NCBI GenBank assembly: GCA_965231085.1
Contig: OZ246413.1
Location: 603,234 to 667,233, forward strand
Length of the DNA: 64,000 nucleotides
DNA from: an uncultured Candidatus Saccharibacteria bacterium
GTDB lineage: Bacteria; Patescibacteriota; Saccharimonadia; Saccharimonadales; UBA10212
Reading direction: 5' to 3'
The notes beneath the pieces are model-generated. The model did no database searches, was not told the DNA's origin, and worked only from the letters and a program-made list of their open reading frames with translations. Position 1 is the stretch's first letter. Each line of letters starts with the position of its first letter. This document shows, piece after piece, positions 55,302-63,771 of the stretch. Made by a program: the position numbers and the translations under genes.

Positions 55302-56173
55302 TGGGCAGCTCCTTGCATATTCGGTTTGGGTGGTTCGCCTTGCCCCTTGGTAATGACTGGAGCAGTTAGGTCGTTAAAATTCTTTAATTGCTGTCGAGTA
55401 GCCGTATCGGGGTTATAGGCATCATAGTAAAGTTCGATAAGCTCCTGGGTATCCAGCGGGACGCTTTGTACCCCACACTCCAGCAACCCTTGCATCGCAG
55501 CTTGGACCCTGTTGCGCAGTTCGGTTTTAGCCTTTTCAAGCTGGGCTTCGTCAATTACGACCTTATTTTCTCTTTGAGGTTTAATAAGTTCTCCCACTCC
55601 GCTAAAAAACCCAGTCCCTTGTTTTAAGGCGCTTTTTAGCTTTTGGTCTGGCTCAGGGTATTGGATTACTACATAAAATTTCTTGTCCATAATGTTTGTT
55701 TCTTGGGATATCTCGGATAAAAAGCCAACATAGTCCTCAACCAAAAGCCCCAGCAACATATTTTCTTGCTGGCTTCTAATTTTGGCTAACTTTTCGAGAT
55801 ACGGCCGTAAATCTATTTTTTGACTGCGTACAAAGATCTGGATTGGGAAATATAAAGAGTTCAGAAAACCCTGGTAGCTATACTCAACGGCTTCCCTTTC
55901 TTCAGGGCTCATTAAGTCAAAGTTTATCGACCGGCACATAATGACGGCTCTAAAAGTCCCGTCGTTCATGATTACTATGCCATCTCTGATTTCGCTGATG
56001 AGTAAGGCGTTTTGGGTGCTATTGGGGTTGGTCTGAGCCGGCTGGACGTTAGGCTGGATAACTTGGCCGTTGACTATTGGAGCACTCACAGGGCCCCCGG
56101 GGGATAATACCTGGCCAGGCACATTCATGCCCTGAGCTGTAGTATCTGTGTTTGGCGTTTGCCCGTCGTTCAT
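55298..56173 (-). CDS. hypothetical T4SS-operon protein, possibly a detached VirB4 N-terminal-like domain
   Basis: 291 aa, overlapping the virB4 start by 4 nt. The patterns IRDGIVIMNDGTFRAVIMCRSINFDLMSPEEREAVEYSYQGFLNSL and LDTQELIELYYDAYNP resemble my recollection of the N-terminal region of monoderm VirB4 proteins. Unverified. Confidence 0.4.
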   Translation of the reverse strand: MNDGQTPNTDTTAQGMNVPGQVLSPGGPVSAPIVNGQVIQPNVQPAQTNPNSTQNALLISEIRDGIVIMNDGTFRAVIMCRSINFDLMSPEEREAVEYSYQGFLNSLYFPIQIFVRSQKIDLRPYLEKLAKIRSQQENMLLGLLVEDYVGFLSEISQETNIMDKKFYVVIQYPEPDQKLKSALKQGTGFFSGVGELIKPQRENKVVIDEAQLEKAKTELRNRVQAAMQGLLECGVQSVPLDTQELIELYYDAYNPDTATRQQLKNFNDLTAPVITKGQGEPPKPNMQGAAQ

Positions 56174-56200
56174 TAATCCACCCTTTTAAGCATTTAAATA

Positions 56201-57166
56201 TTAAAGCGGCCCAACCGTTGCTCCATTACCCAGCCCACTGTTAGCCAGGCGCGCGATAGTCGCCACGCTAAGATCATTACCATAATTCGCTAACTCCATT
56301 TTAACAGCCCCGCTTGTAGGTGTCATTACGACCTCACGAGTAGCGCCCTTGATTATCTTCGGAGGATGTAGCGTGAGTTCTCGTTGCTGTTCATGGATTT
56401 GGCGCAAAAGCTTTTCCTCAGCTAGCTTTGTGTTGTCAGCTGCCACCTGTGTTTGAGCTTTAGGAGTAGCGGTTTTAGCACGTTGTGCCTCTTGCCGGGC
56501 CGCTTCAAGCTGGTCAGCAATTTGTTGTTTGCGTCTTTCCTCGGCCTCAACCATCATAAATTGCACCTTTTGAGCCTTTTCATTATTCTGCTCATCTAAG
56601 ATATCGTCCTCTGGCTTGATATCAACTTCCGGTATATCTTTAGCCAGGGTTGTGCCTGTAGCCAACCTATCTTCGCTCGCTTCGGTCGTCTGAAACGCAA
56701 CCTGGGGGGCAACATTTAGAGCCGCATTTCTTATGGCCCAGCCTCGGCTGTCTAGTGTACTGGCAAGAGCCTGCAGCCGGCTAGATACTTCAGTTTGGCT
56801 GATATTTTTGGTGAATATTTGACTAGTTTTTTTTGGCACAGTTATCGCAACCAGTTCCTTAGTACCGCTCTGGTCCCATTTGCGCTCTCGGTTCTTTAAT
56901 AAAAACTTCACTCTTGATAATAACCAGACCTCTGTGGGTTGCTCCCTGCCGAGAGGTGAGGCCAAAACCCCAAACAAAACCATTGGCGGCGTGGCCAAAC
57001 ATATGATCACAATTTTTATTATTGACGGAATCGAACTTATGGCCAGCCGGATACAAATAAATAGTAATATCGCCGAAACCCCAGCGTATACAAAACCCTT
57101 TAAGGTTAGGGGGCCAAGGAGCTTGTCCTCAGCCTCGATGTCCTGAATTACCTTATAAACTGCCAT
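56201..57166 (-). CDS. PrgI-family (VirB3-like) T4SS membrane protein with long charged coiled-coil-like C-terminal extension
   Basis: The N-terminus MAVYKVIQDIEAEDKLLGPLTLKGFVYAGVSAILLF plus two TM helices is the PrgI-family pattern. The C-terminal ~190 aa are rich in E, Q, A and K. Confidence 0.75.
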   Translation of the reverse strand: MAVYKVIQDIEAEDKLLGPLTLKGFVYAGVSAILLFICIRLAISSIPSIIKIVIICLATPPMVLFGVLASPLGREQPTEVWLLSRVKFLLKNRERKWDQSGTKELVAITVPKKTSQIFTKNISQTEVSSRLQALASTLDSRGWAIRNAALNVAPQVAFQTTEASEDRLATGTTLAKDIPEVDIKPEDDILDEQNNEKAQKVQFMMVEAEERRKQQIADQLEAARQEAQRAKTATPKAQTQVAADNTKLAEEKLLRQIHEQQRELTLHPPKIIKGATREVVMTPTSGAVKMELANYGNDLSVATIARLANSGLGNGATVGPL

Positions 57167-57208
57167 ACTTTAAAGTATCTGATACATAAGCGCTATTAGC
57201 AAGTTGTT

Positions 57209-60200
57209 TTAAGGAGTTTGAGGTGGTGGTTGTGGTGGTTCCTGTGGAGATTCTGGGGGTTGGTTTCCTGGACCCTGGGACAGAAGATCATCGCGGGCTG
57301 GACCACCTTCGACTGTATCCCTATCAATTCCGGCGCCAGGCCGTACGCCAGCTCGGTTAAGAGCTCTTCTCGTACCCTGTTCGGAGCCACGAGCAGCTCC
57401 CATTCGGGTAGCTTCTTCGATGTCTTCTAGACTTCGTCTATCGATGTGCATCTCCGGGGATGTTATATTCTGAGCTGTTCCACCTTGAGGTGAGTGCAAA
57501 TATGGCGTTTCATTTGGCGGTATGTCATTGCGCGGCCTAGGTGTTCCACCGCCACCGCCAGCGTTAGTATTGTTGTTCTGATTAGTATTTCCCCCACCAC
57601 CATTTTGCCCACCGCCGTAACCAAAGTCTCCTGGTTGTGCTGCTGGCCTATGGACAGGTGGAGGGGCGGTGCCTTGTTTTGCAGCTTCAATCAGGGATGG
57701 AATTGAAACTCCGGTACCGTCGAGCGCGCTTTCAAGATCGACGGCTATACTGCTGCCGGCTGGACCTGACATTTTCTGTAGCGTAGGAATTCCTTGAGGA
57801 CCGCTAGCCGCGATTGACTGTAGTAGTTTCGCAAACTTCTCGCGTACTACCGGGTCCTTAGCCCGAGCAATTGCCTGGTAGTAGCCCTGGGCAACATCAC
57901 CAATATTGTTAGCATCGATGTAAGAGTCATCGATTGACAACATAAGACGGTGTCTATCGCTCAAGCGTTTGCCTTTATATCTTTCGCGAACTCGTCTATC
58001 TTCTTCTACGTTGCCAGATACCCCTATGCCTAGTTCGGTTAGGTTTTTATCATTATAGCGGGACTGGAGTAGAGGTGGGTTTAGATCCGGTCGAGCTTTT
58101 GTTACCTTGCCCCAGTATTCGGCATTAGTGTCCTGAATACCTTCAAATTCGGCTATCATGTGGGGTCTGACCAGTATTTTACCGTCAACAGTTCTTGGGA
58201 TTTCATCTTCAGCATATTCTTTTAAGATGTAATCACGTAATCTGCGGTGATAATCGCGATTAGGGTTGTTAGGGTTGTCTGGGTCCAGTGCTTCTCCGGT
58301 GTTTTCAGTCTCAATCCAGGAGCTGGTGTCCATCCATTTTTCCATAGCAACTTTACGCTCGCGGTCAGTGCCATAAAGAATGGCTTTCCAGATAGCTCGT
58401 TTTCCGGCGCCGACTCCTTTTTGACCCTTAGAATAATGCTTCATAACCCATCCGCCTTGACCGTTGTTTGCATTATCGTCGTAACCCCAAACGTCGGTAT
58501 CAAAGCCCTCTTTTTCGGCAACTTCAAACTGCCTATCAACATAGGCCCGCTGTTCGGCATCGCGTTCTTCTTTCCACTCCTTATATTTTTTAACCGTTAG
58601 GGCTCGGCCACGGGCTGTCGGCATCAGACTGCCTGATGCCAGACGAGGCAAAACTCGGCCACCAACCATAGGCACGCTGAATTTTTTGCCCTTAATACTA
58701 AACTGTCGGTTACCATAACTAGCCGTTGGGTCAAATGGGTCGTAGGCTGAATTCTTGCCCTTCCATCGGTCGCGGTTTTCTTCGAGAACCTTGCGACCAC
58801 CCTCTTTAAATTTATTGAGCCCTTTGCTATTGGCGATAGCGTTATTAGCAGAAGCCATAATCGAACCGCCCCATTTGAAAGTTTTTGGTAGGAAGAAGTA
58901 AGGCCCAAAGAACCCAGCCATAACGGCAATTAAGTCTAGTGGCCCGGCGTGGCCCAGCCCACCAGCTACCCAGGCAAAGATTCTACCACCATAGATCATA
59001 GCCATAACCATCGGAAATAGCAGCAGAGTTTTGGTAAAGTTTTCTTTCCATTTTTTCCAATAGCTGTCAGTTCCAGGTAGTACCCAAGCTAGAAAGGCTA
59101 GCGGCGAAAGTATTACCAAAATGATTATTAGAGCGTTTCTAAATAGCAATGTGCCCATAGCGAGCAAGATGCTAACAATGATAGAAAAGGCCATTATTAG
59201 CAGCGTTGGCCAGTACAGAAAGACAAGTGTGGGCCCGAGCAGCAGAGCAGTTATGGATGCTGTACCACCTACCGCCCCTGCCCAATAAGCACTTAAGCGG
59301 TTAAGTAAGGCCGGGAGCTCTAGTTGACTCATCCCGCCAAAAGGAGCGGCTATTAACTGCCCTATTCCCTGTCCGAAGTCGTTGGCGATCTGTATTAAAT
59401 ACACACACATTTGCCAAGATATTTGGATTAGTATCACCGAAACCACAAGTCGTGGTAGCAGCTTTTTGATAGTGTAGGCGTCAAGGGGGCCGCCACCAAT
59501 GGCTTGCCCCAGAACCATTAGAAGCATAACTATTACTAAAATTACAGAAACCAAATTTTTTATAATTGCCCAGGCTTTCTCGACGGAGCCGTTATCTGGC
59601 AGGTTTTCATGGATACTGAAGTTCAAAGACGAAGAAACCCAGTCATTAATTACACCTGCCGCATCACCTATCCCTTTGACTACTGGGCATATTATCCAAT
59701 CAAGCCCGGAATTTGTTACGCAGCCAGTAATTGACGTGTCACCGCCTCCCCCTGTTTTACTGTATGTGCCACTGAGTATCACGGAGCGTGTGTAGTTTGT
59801 GGGGTAAATAACCTGACACCGCGGATAGGCTTTACCAATAGCGGTTGTCGGATCGCCATTGCCAATGGCCGCTAGCGTGTACAGTGTGCCGGCGTTGCCA
59901 TTAGCTTCATTTAAAATAACCACATAATTACCGCCGCAAGCGCCGCTAGCATCTTGAGCGTAAATGGTGCCAGTAGCGTCCCCTGTTTGTTGGTTTAAAC
60001 CACTCAATCCAGACTTGGTGGATATCGATTTTATAGTTGAGCCTGACCACGCTAGGACCTCGGTAGCAACCGCTCCAGTATTATCTATATCAAACTTAAA
60101 AACCTTAGAATCATTACCACTCCTACAGGCACCATTGCCAGAAGCCGTTGTGTCGTAATAAGGTATGGTAGCTGTTATGGGTAGTGGGTTGGCAGCCTGC

Positions 60201-60937
60201 TTGTTGTCATCAAATTTTATTGAAGCTCCACCACCACAAAAGTCGGAGCTATTAACAGGTGTAAATTCTCGTTTGCCATCTTCTGGACTAGTATCTTGAA
60301 AATTGATGACCTTACCGTTTAAGGTGAACTGAATAACGGAACCATCGTTTTTAGCAAATGCAAAACTATCTTTAGTTACATTGGCCAATGTTTGGTCGCT
60401 CGAGGAGCTGCCGTTGCCTGTCGGTGTGGTCCCTGGTGTATACGATAGGGTCAGAGCCGTGCCGGATATTGTTCGGGAGCAATTACTAACTGTTGTGCCG
60501 CCGGCGTAGGCAGCAACATAGCCAACTACTGTGTATACCCCAGTCTTGCTGTCGGTGCTCGAGGCTACAACTTGAATGAGGTTGGTATTTTCGGAGTTAG
60601 CGCTACCGATGCCCCTATTAATTTTTGTACCATCGCTAAGAGTTAGCTGGAGTGTCCCTGGGTATCCATCAGGCACACAGAAAGTTCCTGAAGGCGGTTT
60701 ATATATGCCACTTCCTTGGTTCTTGAATGAGATAGTGCCAACACCTGGATAGGTGGCGTCAACTTGATCTTTGCTAACCAGTTTGTAGCTAGACACATTG
60801 GTGATTTGGGAAGCAGCTATGCCCTTGCCGATCGAGTCAGCCAAAACTTTACCTACAGAAAAGCTAAAAAATAAACTGATGAAAACTAAAAAAAGCCCAA
60901 TCCCAATTGTAGTTTTTTTGTATGTTTTCATGCTCAA
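57209..60937 (-). CDS. VirB6/TrbL-like polytopic T4SS channel protein, expanded (1242 aa)
   Basis: Signal/anchor sequence, a Cys-containing external domain of about 430 aa, about 7 TM helices (aa ~440-700), then a cytoplasmic tail of about 540 aa. The tail ends in a G/N/P-rich low-complexity region (GGGQNGGGGNTNQNNNTNAGGGGG...QPPESPQEPPQPPPQTP). Confidence 0.7.
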   Translation of the reverse strand: MSMKTYKKTTIGIGLFLVFISLFFSFSVGKVLADSIGKGIAASQITNVSSYKLVSKDQVDATYPGVGTISFKNQGSGIYKPPSGTFCVPDGYPGTLQLTLSDGTKINRGIGSANSENTNLIQVVASSTDSKTGVYTVVGYVAAYAGGTTVSNCSRTISGTALTLSYTPGTTPTGNGSSSSDQTLANVTKDSFAFAKNDGSVIQFTLNGKVINFQDTSPEDGKREFTPVNSSDFCGGGASIKFDDNKQAANPLPITATIPYYDTTASGNGACRSGNDSKVFKFDIDNTGAVATEVLAWSGSTIKSISTKSGLSGLNQQTGDATGTIYAQDASGACGGNYVVILNEANGNAGTLYTLAAIGNGDPTTAIGKAYPRCQVIYPTNYTRSVILSGTYSKTGGGGDTSITGCVTNSGLDWIICPVVKGIGDAAGVINDWVSSSLNFSIHENLPDNGSVEKAWAIIKNLVSVILVIVMLLMVLGQAIGGGPLDAYTIKKLLPRLVVSVILIQISWQMCVYLIQIANDFGQGIGQLIAAPFGGMSQLELPALLNRLSAYWAGAVGGTASITALLLGPTLVFLYWPTLLIMAFSIIVSILLAMGTLLFRNALIIILVILSPLAFLAWVLPGTDSYWKKWKENFTKTLLLFPMVMAMIYGGRIFAWVAGGLGHAGPLDLIAVMAGFFGPYFFLPKTFKWGGSIMASANNAIANSKGLNKFKEGGRKVLEENRDRWKGKNSAYDPFDPTASYGNRQFSIKGKKFSVPMVGGRVLPRLASGSLMPTARGRALTVKKYKEWKEERDAEQRAYVDRQFEVAEKEGFDTDVWGYDDNANNGQGGWVMKHYSKGQKGVGAGKRAIWKAILYGTDRERKVAMEKWMDTSSWIETENTGEALDPDNPNNPNRDYHRRLRDYILKEYAEDEIPRTVDGKILVRPHMIAEFEGIQDTNAEYWGKVTKARPDLNPPLLQSRYNDKNLTELGIGVSGNVEEDRRVRERYKGKRLSDRHRLMLSIDDSYIDANNIGDVAQGYYQAIARAKDPVVREKFAKLLQSIAASGPQGIPTLQKMSGPAGSSIAVDLESALDGTGVSIPSLIEAAKQGTAPPPVHRPAAQPGDFGYGGGQNGGGGNTNQNNNTNAGGGGGTPRPRNDIPPNETPYLHSPQGGTAQNITSPEMHIDRRSLEDIEEATRMGAARGSEQGTRRALNRAGVRPGAGIDRDTVEGGPARDDLLSQGPGNQPPESPQEPPQPPPQTP

Positions 60938-61050
60938 ATCTTCTAGCTCGACTATACCATAGCCGTTATGGTTATTAACAGATTAATCACGCTTAAGTTT
61001 TATTGATAAAAATTTAATAGATGTTAAGCTTATAGCTAGGTAGGCATTTA

Positions 61051-61611
61051 ATGCTAAAAAAAATAAAAAAACTAACCCCGGTATTATTGGTAGCCCTGAG
61101 TGTTTTTGCAATATATCAAACACCCTCTATAACCTATGCAGCAACATCGCCAGACCCAAACTTAGTTTGCCACCCGGAGCTCCAAAAGGCAGCCTCGGAT
61201 CCTAATGGCGCATCCCTTGGGGCAGCCTTATCAAACGATCAGAAGAATGCCTGTGAGGCCTGTGTAAAAACCGAGCTACAAGCGGTTAACCCAAACGACA
61301 AAAAATATGAGAACAACGCTGCGCTATTAGCCGCAGACCAAGCTAAACAGAATTCAGCCATAGCTGATTGCGTTAACGGCAATCCAATAGTCAAGGATCT
61401 AAACATATTCATCAATATTTTAGCCGGCTTAGTTGGAGTAGTTATTGTTGGAGTTATAATTTTTGGCGGTATCCAGTATAGCTTGGCTGGTGGAAAGCCC
61501 GAGGCTGTGAGTGCCGCTCGAAAACGACTTGCCAATGCTGTCGTCGCCTTTCTCGTCTTCTTATTTATTACTGGTTTTCTAGAGTGGCTAATCCCGGGAG
61601 GGATATTCTAA
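61051..61611 (+). CDS. T4SS pilin-like protein (VirB2/TrbC-like), paralog 1
   Basis: 186 aa. Signal peptide, a 4-Cys variable head, then a two-helix hairpin (LAGLVGVVIVGVIIFGGIQYSLAGGKPEAVSAARKRLANAVVAFLVFLFI). Confidence 0.75.
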   Translation: MLKKIKKLTPVLLVALSVFAIYQTPSITYAATSPDPNLVCHPELQKAASDPNGASLGAALSNDQKNACEACVKTELQAVNPNDKKYENNAALLAADQAKQNSAIADCVNGNPIVKDLNIFINILAGLVGVVIVGVIIFGGIQYSLAGGKPEAVSAARKRLANAVVAFLVFLFITGFLEWLIPGGIF

Positions 61612-62004
61612 ATGGAGTTTATTGCTTCAAGCCTGACTAATTTTTTGCCTCATGTCTATACGGCAATAACTTGCACACCAGCCAAAGACCTATTCGGCAT
61701 CGTACCTGTTTGGTACAAGTATCTAAAGATTCAGCCGGATGTTTTGGGGCAATGCGCCCCGGTATTCTCCTTCCCTAACGATATTTTTGCTATAGGCTTA
61801 GCCATAGTGGATATGCTGCTTAGAGTAGCTGGCTTTGTGGCAGTTATATCGATCATCGTTGCTGGCATTCAGTACATCATCTCTCTGGGCAATCAAGAAA
61901 AAGGCACTCTGGCTCGTAAACGTATCCAGAATGCCTTAATTGGCCTGGCGATTGTCTTTGTGGCCACGGCTTTTGTATCGTTTATAGGTAGGAGATTCGG
62001 ATGA
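61612..62004 (+). CDS. T4SS pilin-like protein, paralog 2 (atypical N-terminus)
   Basis: 130 aa with 2 Cys. C-terminal hairpin VAGFVAVISIIVAGIQYIISLGNQEKGTLARKRIQNALIGLAIVFVA. Its start abuts the paralog 1 stop. Confidence 0.65.
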   Translation: MEFIASSLTNFLPHVYTAITCTPAKDLFGIVPVWYKYLKIQPDVLGQCAPVFSFPNDIFAIGLAIVDMLLRVAGFVAVISIIVAGIQYIISLGNQEKGTLARKRIQNALIGLAIVFVATAFVSFIGRRFG

Positions 62005-62306
62005 AATTATTAGACATGGCTGCTCAAACCTCACTAAAGATTCTTAATACTCAAGAAACTCCCAACTTGCCAACAGCAACACCTAATCATGCTGCTTTCA
62101 GCAAAGCTTTTACTACGCTTTTCGTGATAATTGGTGCGGTGGCCGTTCTGTTAATAGTTATTGCTGGGCTGCGCTATATATTGTCTGGCGGCGATGCCAC
62201 AAAGGCAGCAGAAGCTAGACGGTCGATAATTCACATTGCCGTTGGTTTGATAGTTGCCAGCCTTGCTTACTCAATTGTTACTCTTATAGTGAGTAGGTTG
62301 GCATGA
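62001..62306 (+). CDS. T4SS pilin-like protein, paralog 3 (short, no Cys)
   Basis: 101 aa. IIGAVAVLLIVIAGLRYILSGGDATKAAEARRSIIHIAVGLIVASLA. 4-nt overlap with paralog 2. Confidence 0.7.
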   Translation: MKLLDMAAQTSLKILNTQETPNLPTATPNHAAFSKAFTTLFVIIGAVAVLLIVIAGLRYILSGGDATKAAEARRSIIHIAVGLIVASLAYSIVTLIVSRLA

Positions 62307-62749
62307 TAAAAAGAGCATTGTTAATCATGATTGTAAGCCTTGGGATGCTGGTAGGTGTTGCTGGCTCTAGGGGCTACGCTGCCTTCGACCCCTTACAAGG
62401 GGCTTGCACAGGCGGAACTAGCAATACTAGCAACCCCCAGACCTCGGCCATATGTAAGCAAAATCAAGAACAGGCAACCAATGGCAACTCTAACCCAATA
62501 GCTGGGTCTAATGGGGTGATTCAAAAAGCCACAAATCTTATAGCGGTAATCTCCGGAGTAATAGGCGTAGTTATGATAATTGTTAGTGGGTTTACCCTAA
62601 TTACTGCCGGTGGCGCTCAAGGCGGCGGCGATAACCCCAACAAGGTTAAAAAAGCTCGGGGCCGCATAATGGCATCCCTCATTGGTTTGGTTATTATTGC
62701 CCTGGCCTGGACGATTGTTACTTTCATAATTCAAAAATTTGTTAAGTAG
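62303..62749 (+). CDS. T4SS pilin-like protein, paralog 4
   Basis: 148 aa. Signal peptide, a 2-Cys head, and hairpin ISGVIGVVMIIVSGFTLITAGGAQGGGDNPNKVKKARGRIMASLIGLVIIALA. Confidence 0.75.
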   Translation: MIKRALLIMIVSLGMLVGVAGSRGYAAFDPLQGACTGGTSNTSNPQTSAICKQNQEQATNGNSNPIAGSNGVIQKATNLIAVISGVIGVVMIIVSGFTLITAGGAQGGGDNPNKVKKARGRIMASLIGLVIIALAWTIVTFIIQKFVK

Positions 62750-62759
62750 GAGTTTAAAA

Positions 62760-63233
62760 ATGCTTAAAAAAATCCATAATACTATCATCGCCCTAACAAT
62801 TGCTCTAACCCCTAGCTTATTAGTGCCAGCAGCTGCTCATGCAGTTGATTGTAACGCCAGCACTAAAAATGCTCTGCAGTGTGGAGCCGACAGTGGCAGT
62901 GGCCAAACAAATCCAGACTCATCCACCGCATCAAAGAGTATCGACTCCACTATTTCAACCGGGCTAAACCTATTGTCTGTAGCTGTTGGAGTGGTGGCCG
63001 TAGTCATGGTTTCGCTGGCTGGTTTTAAATATATTACTAGCGGTGGCAATGAAGAGAAGGTTAAGTCTGCTAAAAAAAGCCTCATCTATGCCTTAGTTGG
63101 GCTAATTGTAGTTGTGCTTGCTCAGGTTATTGTTCAGTTCGTGCTAAAGAAAGTCACCGCCGATCCAACAAAATCTACCAATGTCACTAATATTCCATCC
63201 AATCTTAATGGCCAGGGCGCTGGTAGCCAATGA
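62760..63233 (+). CDS. T4SS pilin-like protein, paralog 5
   Basis: I prefer the ATG at 62760 (TAGGAG RBS upstream; MLKKIHNTIIALTIAL... is a signal peptide). 2-Cys head. Hairpin AGFKYITSGGNEEKVKSAKKSLIYALVGLIVVVLAQVIVQFVLKK. Confidence 0.8.
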   Translation: MLKKIHNTIIALTIALTPSLLVPAAAHAVDCNASTKNALQCGADSGSGQTNPDSSTASKSIDSTISTGLNLLSVAVGVVAVVMVSLAGFKYITSGGNEEKVKSAKKSLIYALVGLIVVVLAQVIVQFVLKKVTADPTKSTNVTNIPSNLNGQGAGSQ

Positions 63234-63253
63234 GCCCACACGCTGTTAGTCGC

Positions 63254-63280
63254 TTGACGAAAACATAAACGGTATATAAT
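63254..63280 (+). promoter_or_regulatory. possible internal promoter ahead of pilin paralog 6
   Basis: TTGACG (63254-63259), a 15-nt spacer, then TATAAT (63275-63280), within the only sizeable gap (77 nt) of the pilin array. The spacer is shorter than optimal. Confidence 0.3.
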
Positions 63281-63310
63281 CTAGAAGTATTAATAAGGAT
63301 AAAAAGTAAA

Positions 63311-63736
63311 ATGCTACATAAAATCAAAACTCTTGTTCTATCACTAACCTTAGCCCTGACCGCTCTTGCCCCAGTTGCTTTACCCTCGGCCGTTTCTGCC
63401 GAAGTTACGGGCCAAGTTACTGGCGGTGTTTGCCAGGGGGCGAGCACACTTAAAGTATCAGATAGTGTTAGCAGCAACAGCTGTACGGCTGCCGATCAGC
63501 AAAGCACAGTCGATAACCTAATTTCAAAGATACTTAACATTTTCTCTGTGGTTGTCGGCCTTGCAGCCGTAATCATGATTGTTATCGCTGGCTTTAAGTA
63601 CATCACCAGTGGTGGCAAAGAAGAAGGCGTCAAATCTGCCAAAAACACAATTCTCTACGCCGTGATTGGTCTGGTAGTGGTTGCTCTCGCCCAGGTCATC
63701 GTCCAGTTCGTACTCAAAAAGAGCACAACTATCTAG
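63311..63736 (+). CDS. T4SS pilin-like protein, paralog 6
   Basis: 141 aa. Signal peptide, a 2-Cys head, and hairpin AGFKYITSGGKEEGVKSAKNTILYAVIGLVVVALAQVIVQFVLKK, nearly identical in protein to paralog 5. Confidence 0.8.
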   Translation: MLHKIKTLVLSLTLALTALAPVALPSAVSAEVTGQVTGGVCQGASTLKVSDSVSSNSCTAADQQSTVDNLISKILNIFSVVVGLAAVIMIVIAGFKYITSGGKEEGVKSAKNTILYAVIGLVVVALAQVIVQFVLKKSTTI

Positions 63737-63771
63737 AGCACTATTGGTCACAGGCAGTATATAATTAGATC

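Noticed and set aside
57196-57706. Small ORFs on both strands in the 3' end of the VirB6-like gene
   Set aside because: They arise from the G/N/P-rich low-complexity repeat coding region, which keeps several frames open. There is no independent evidence for them.
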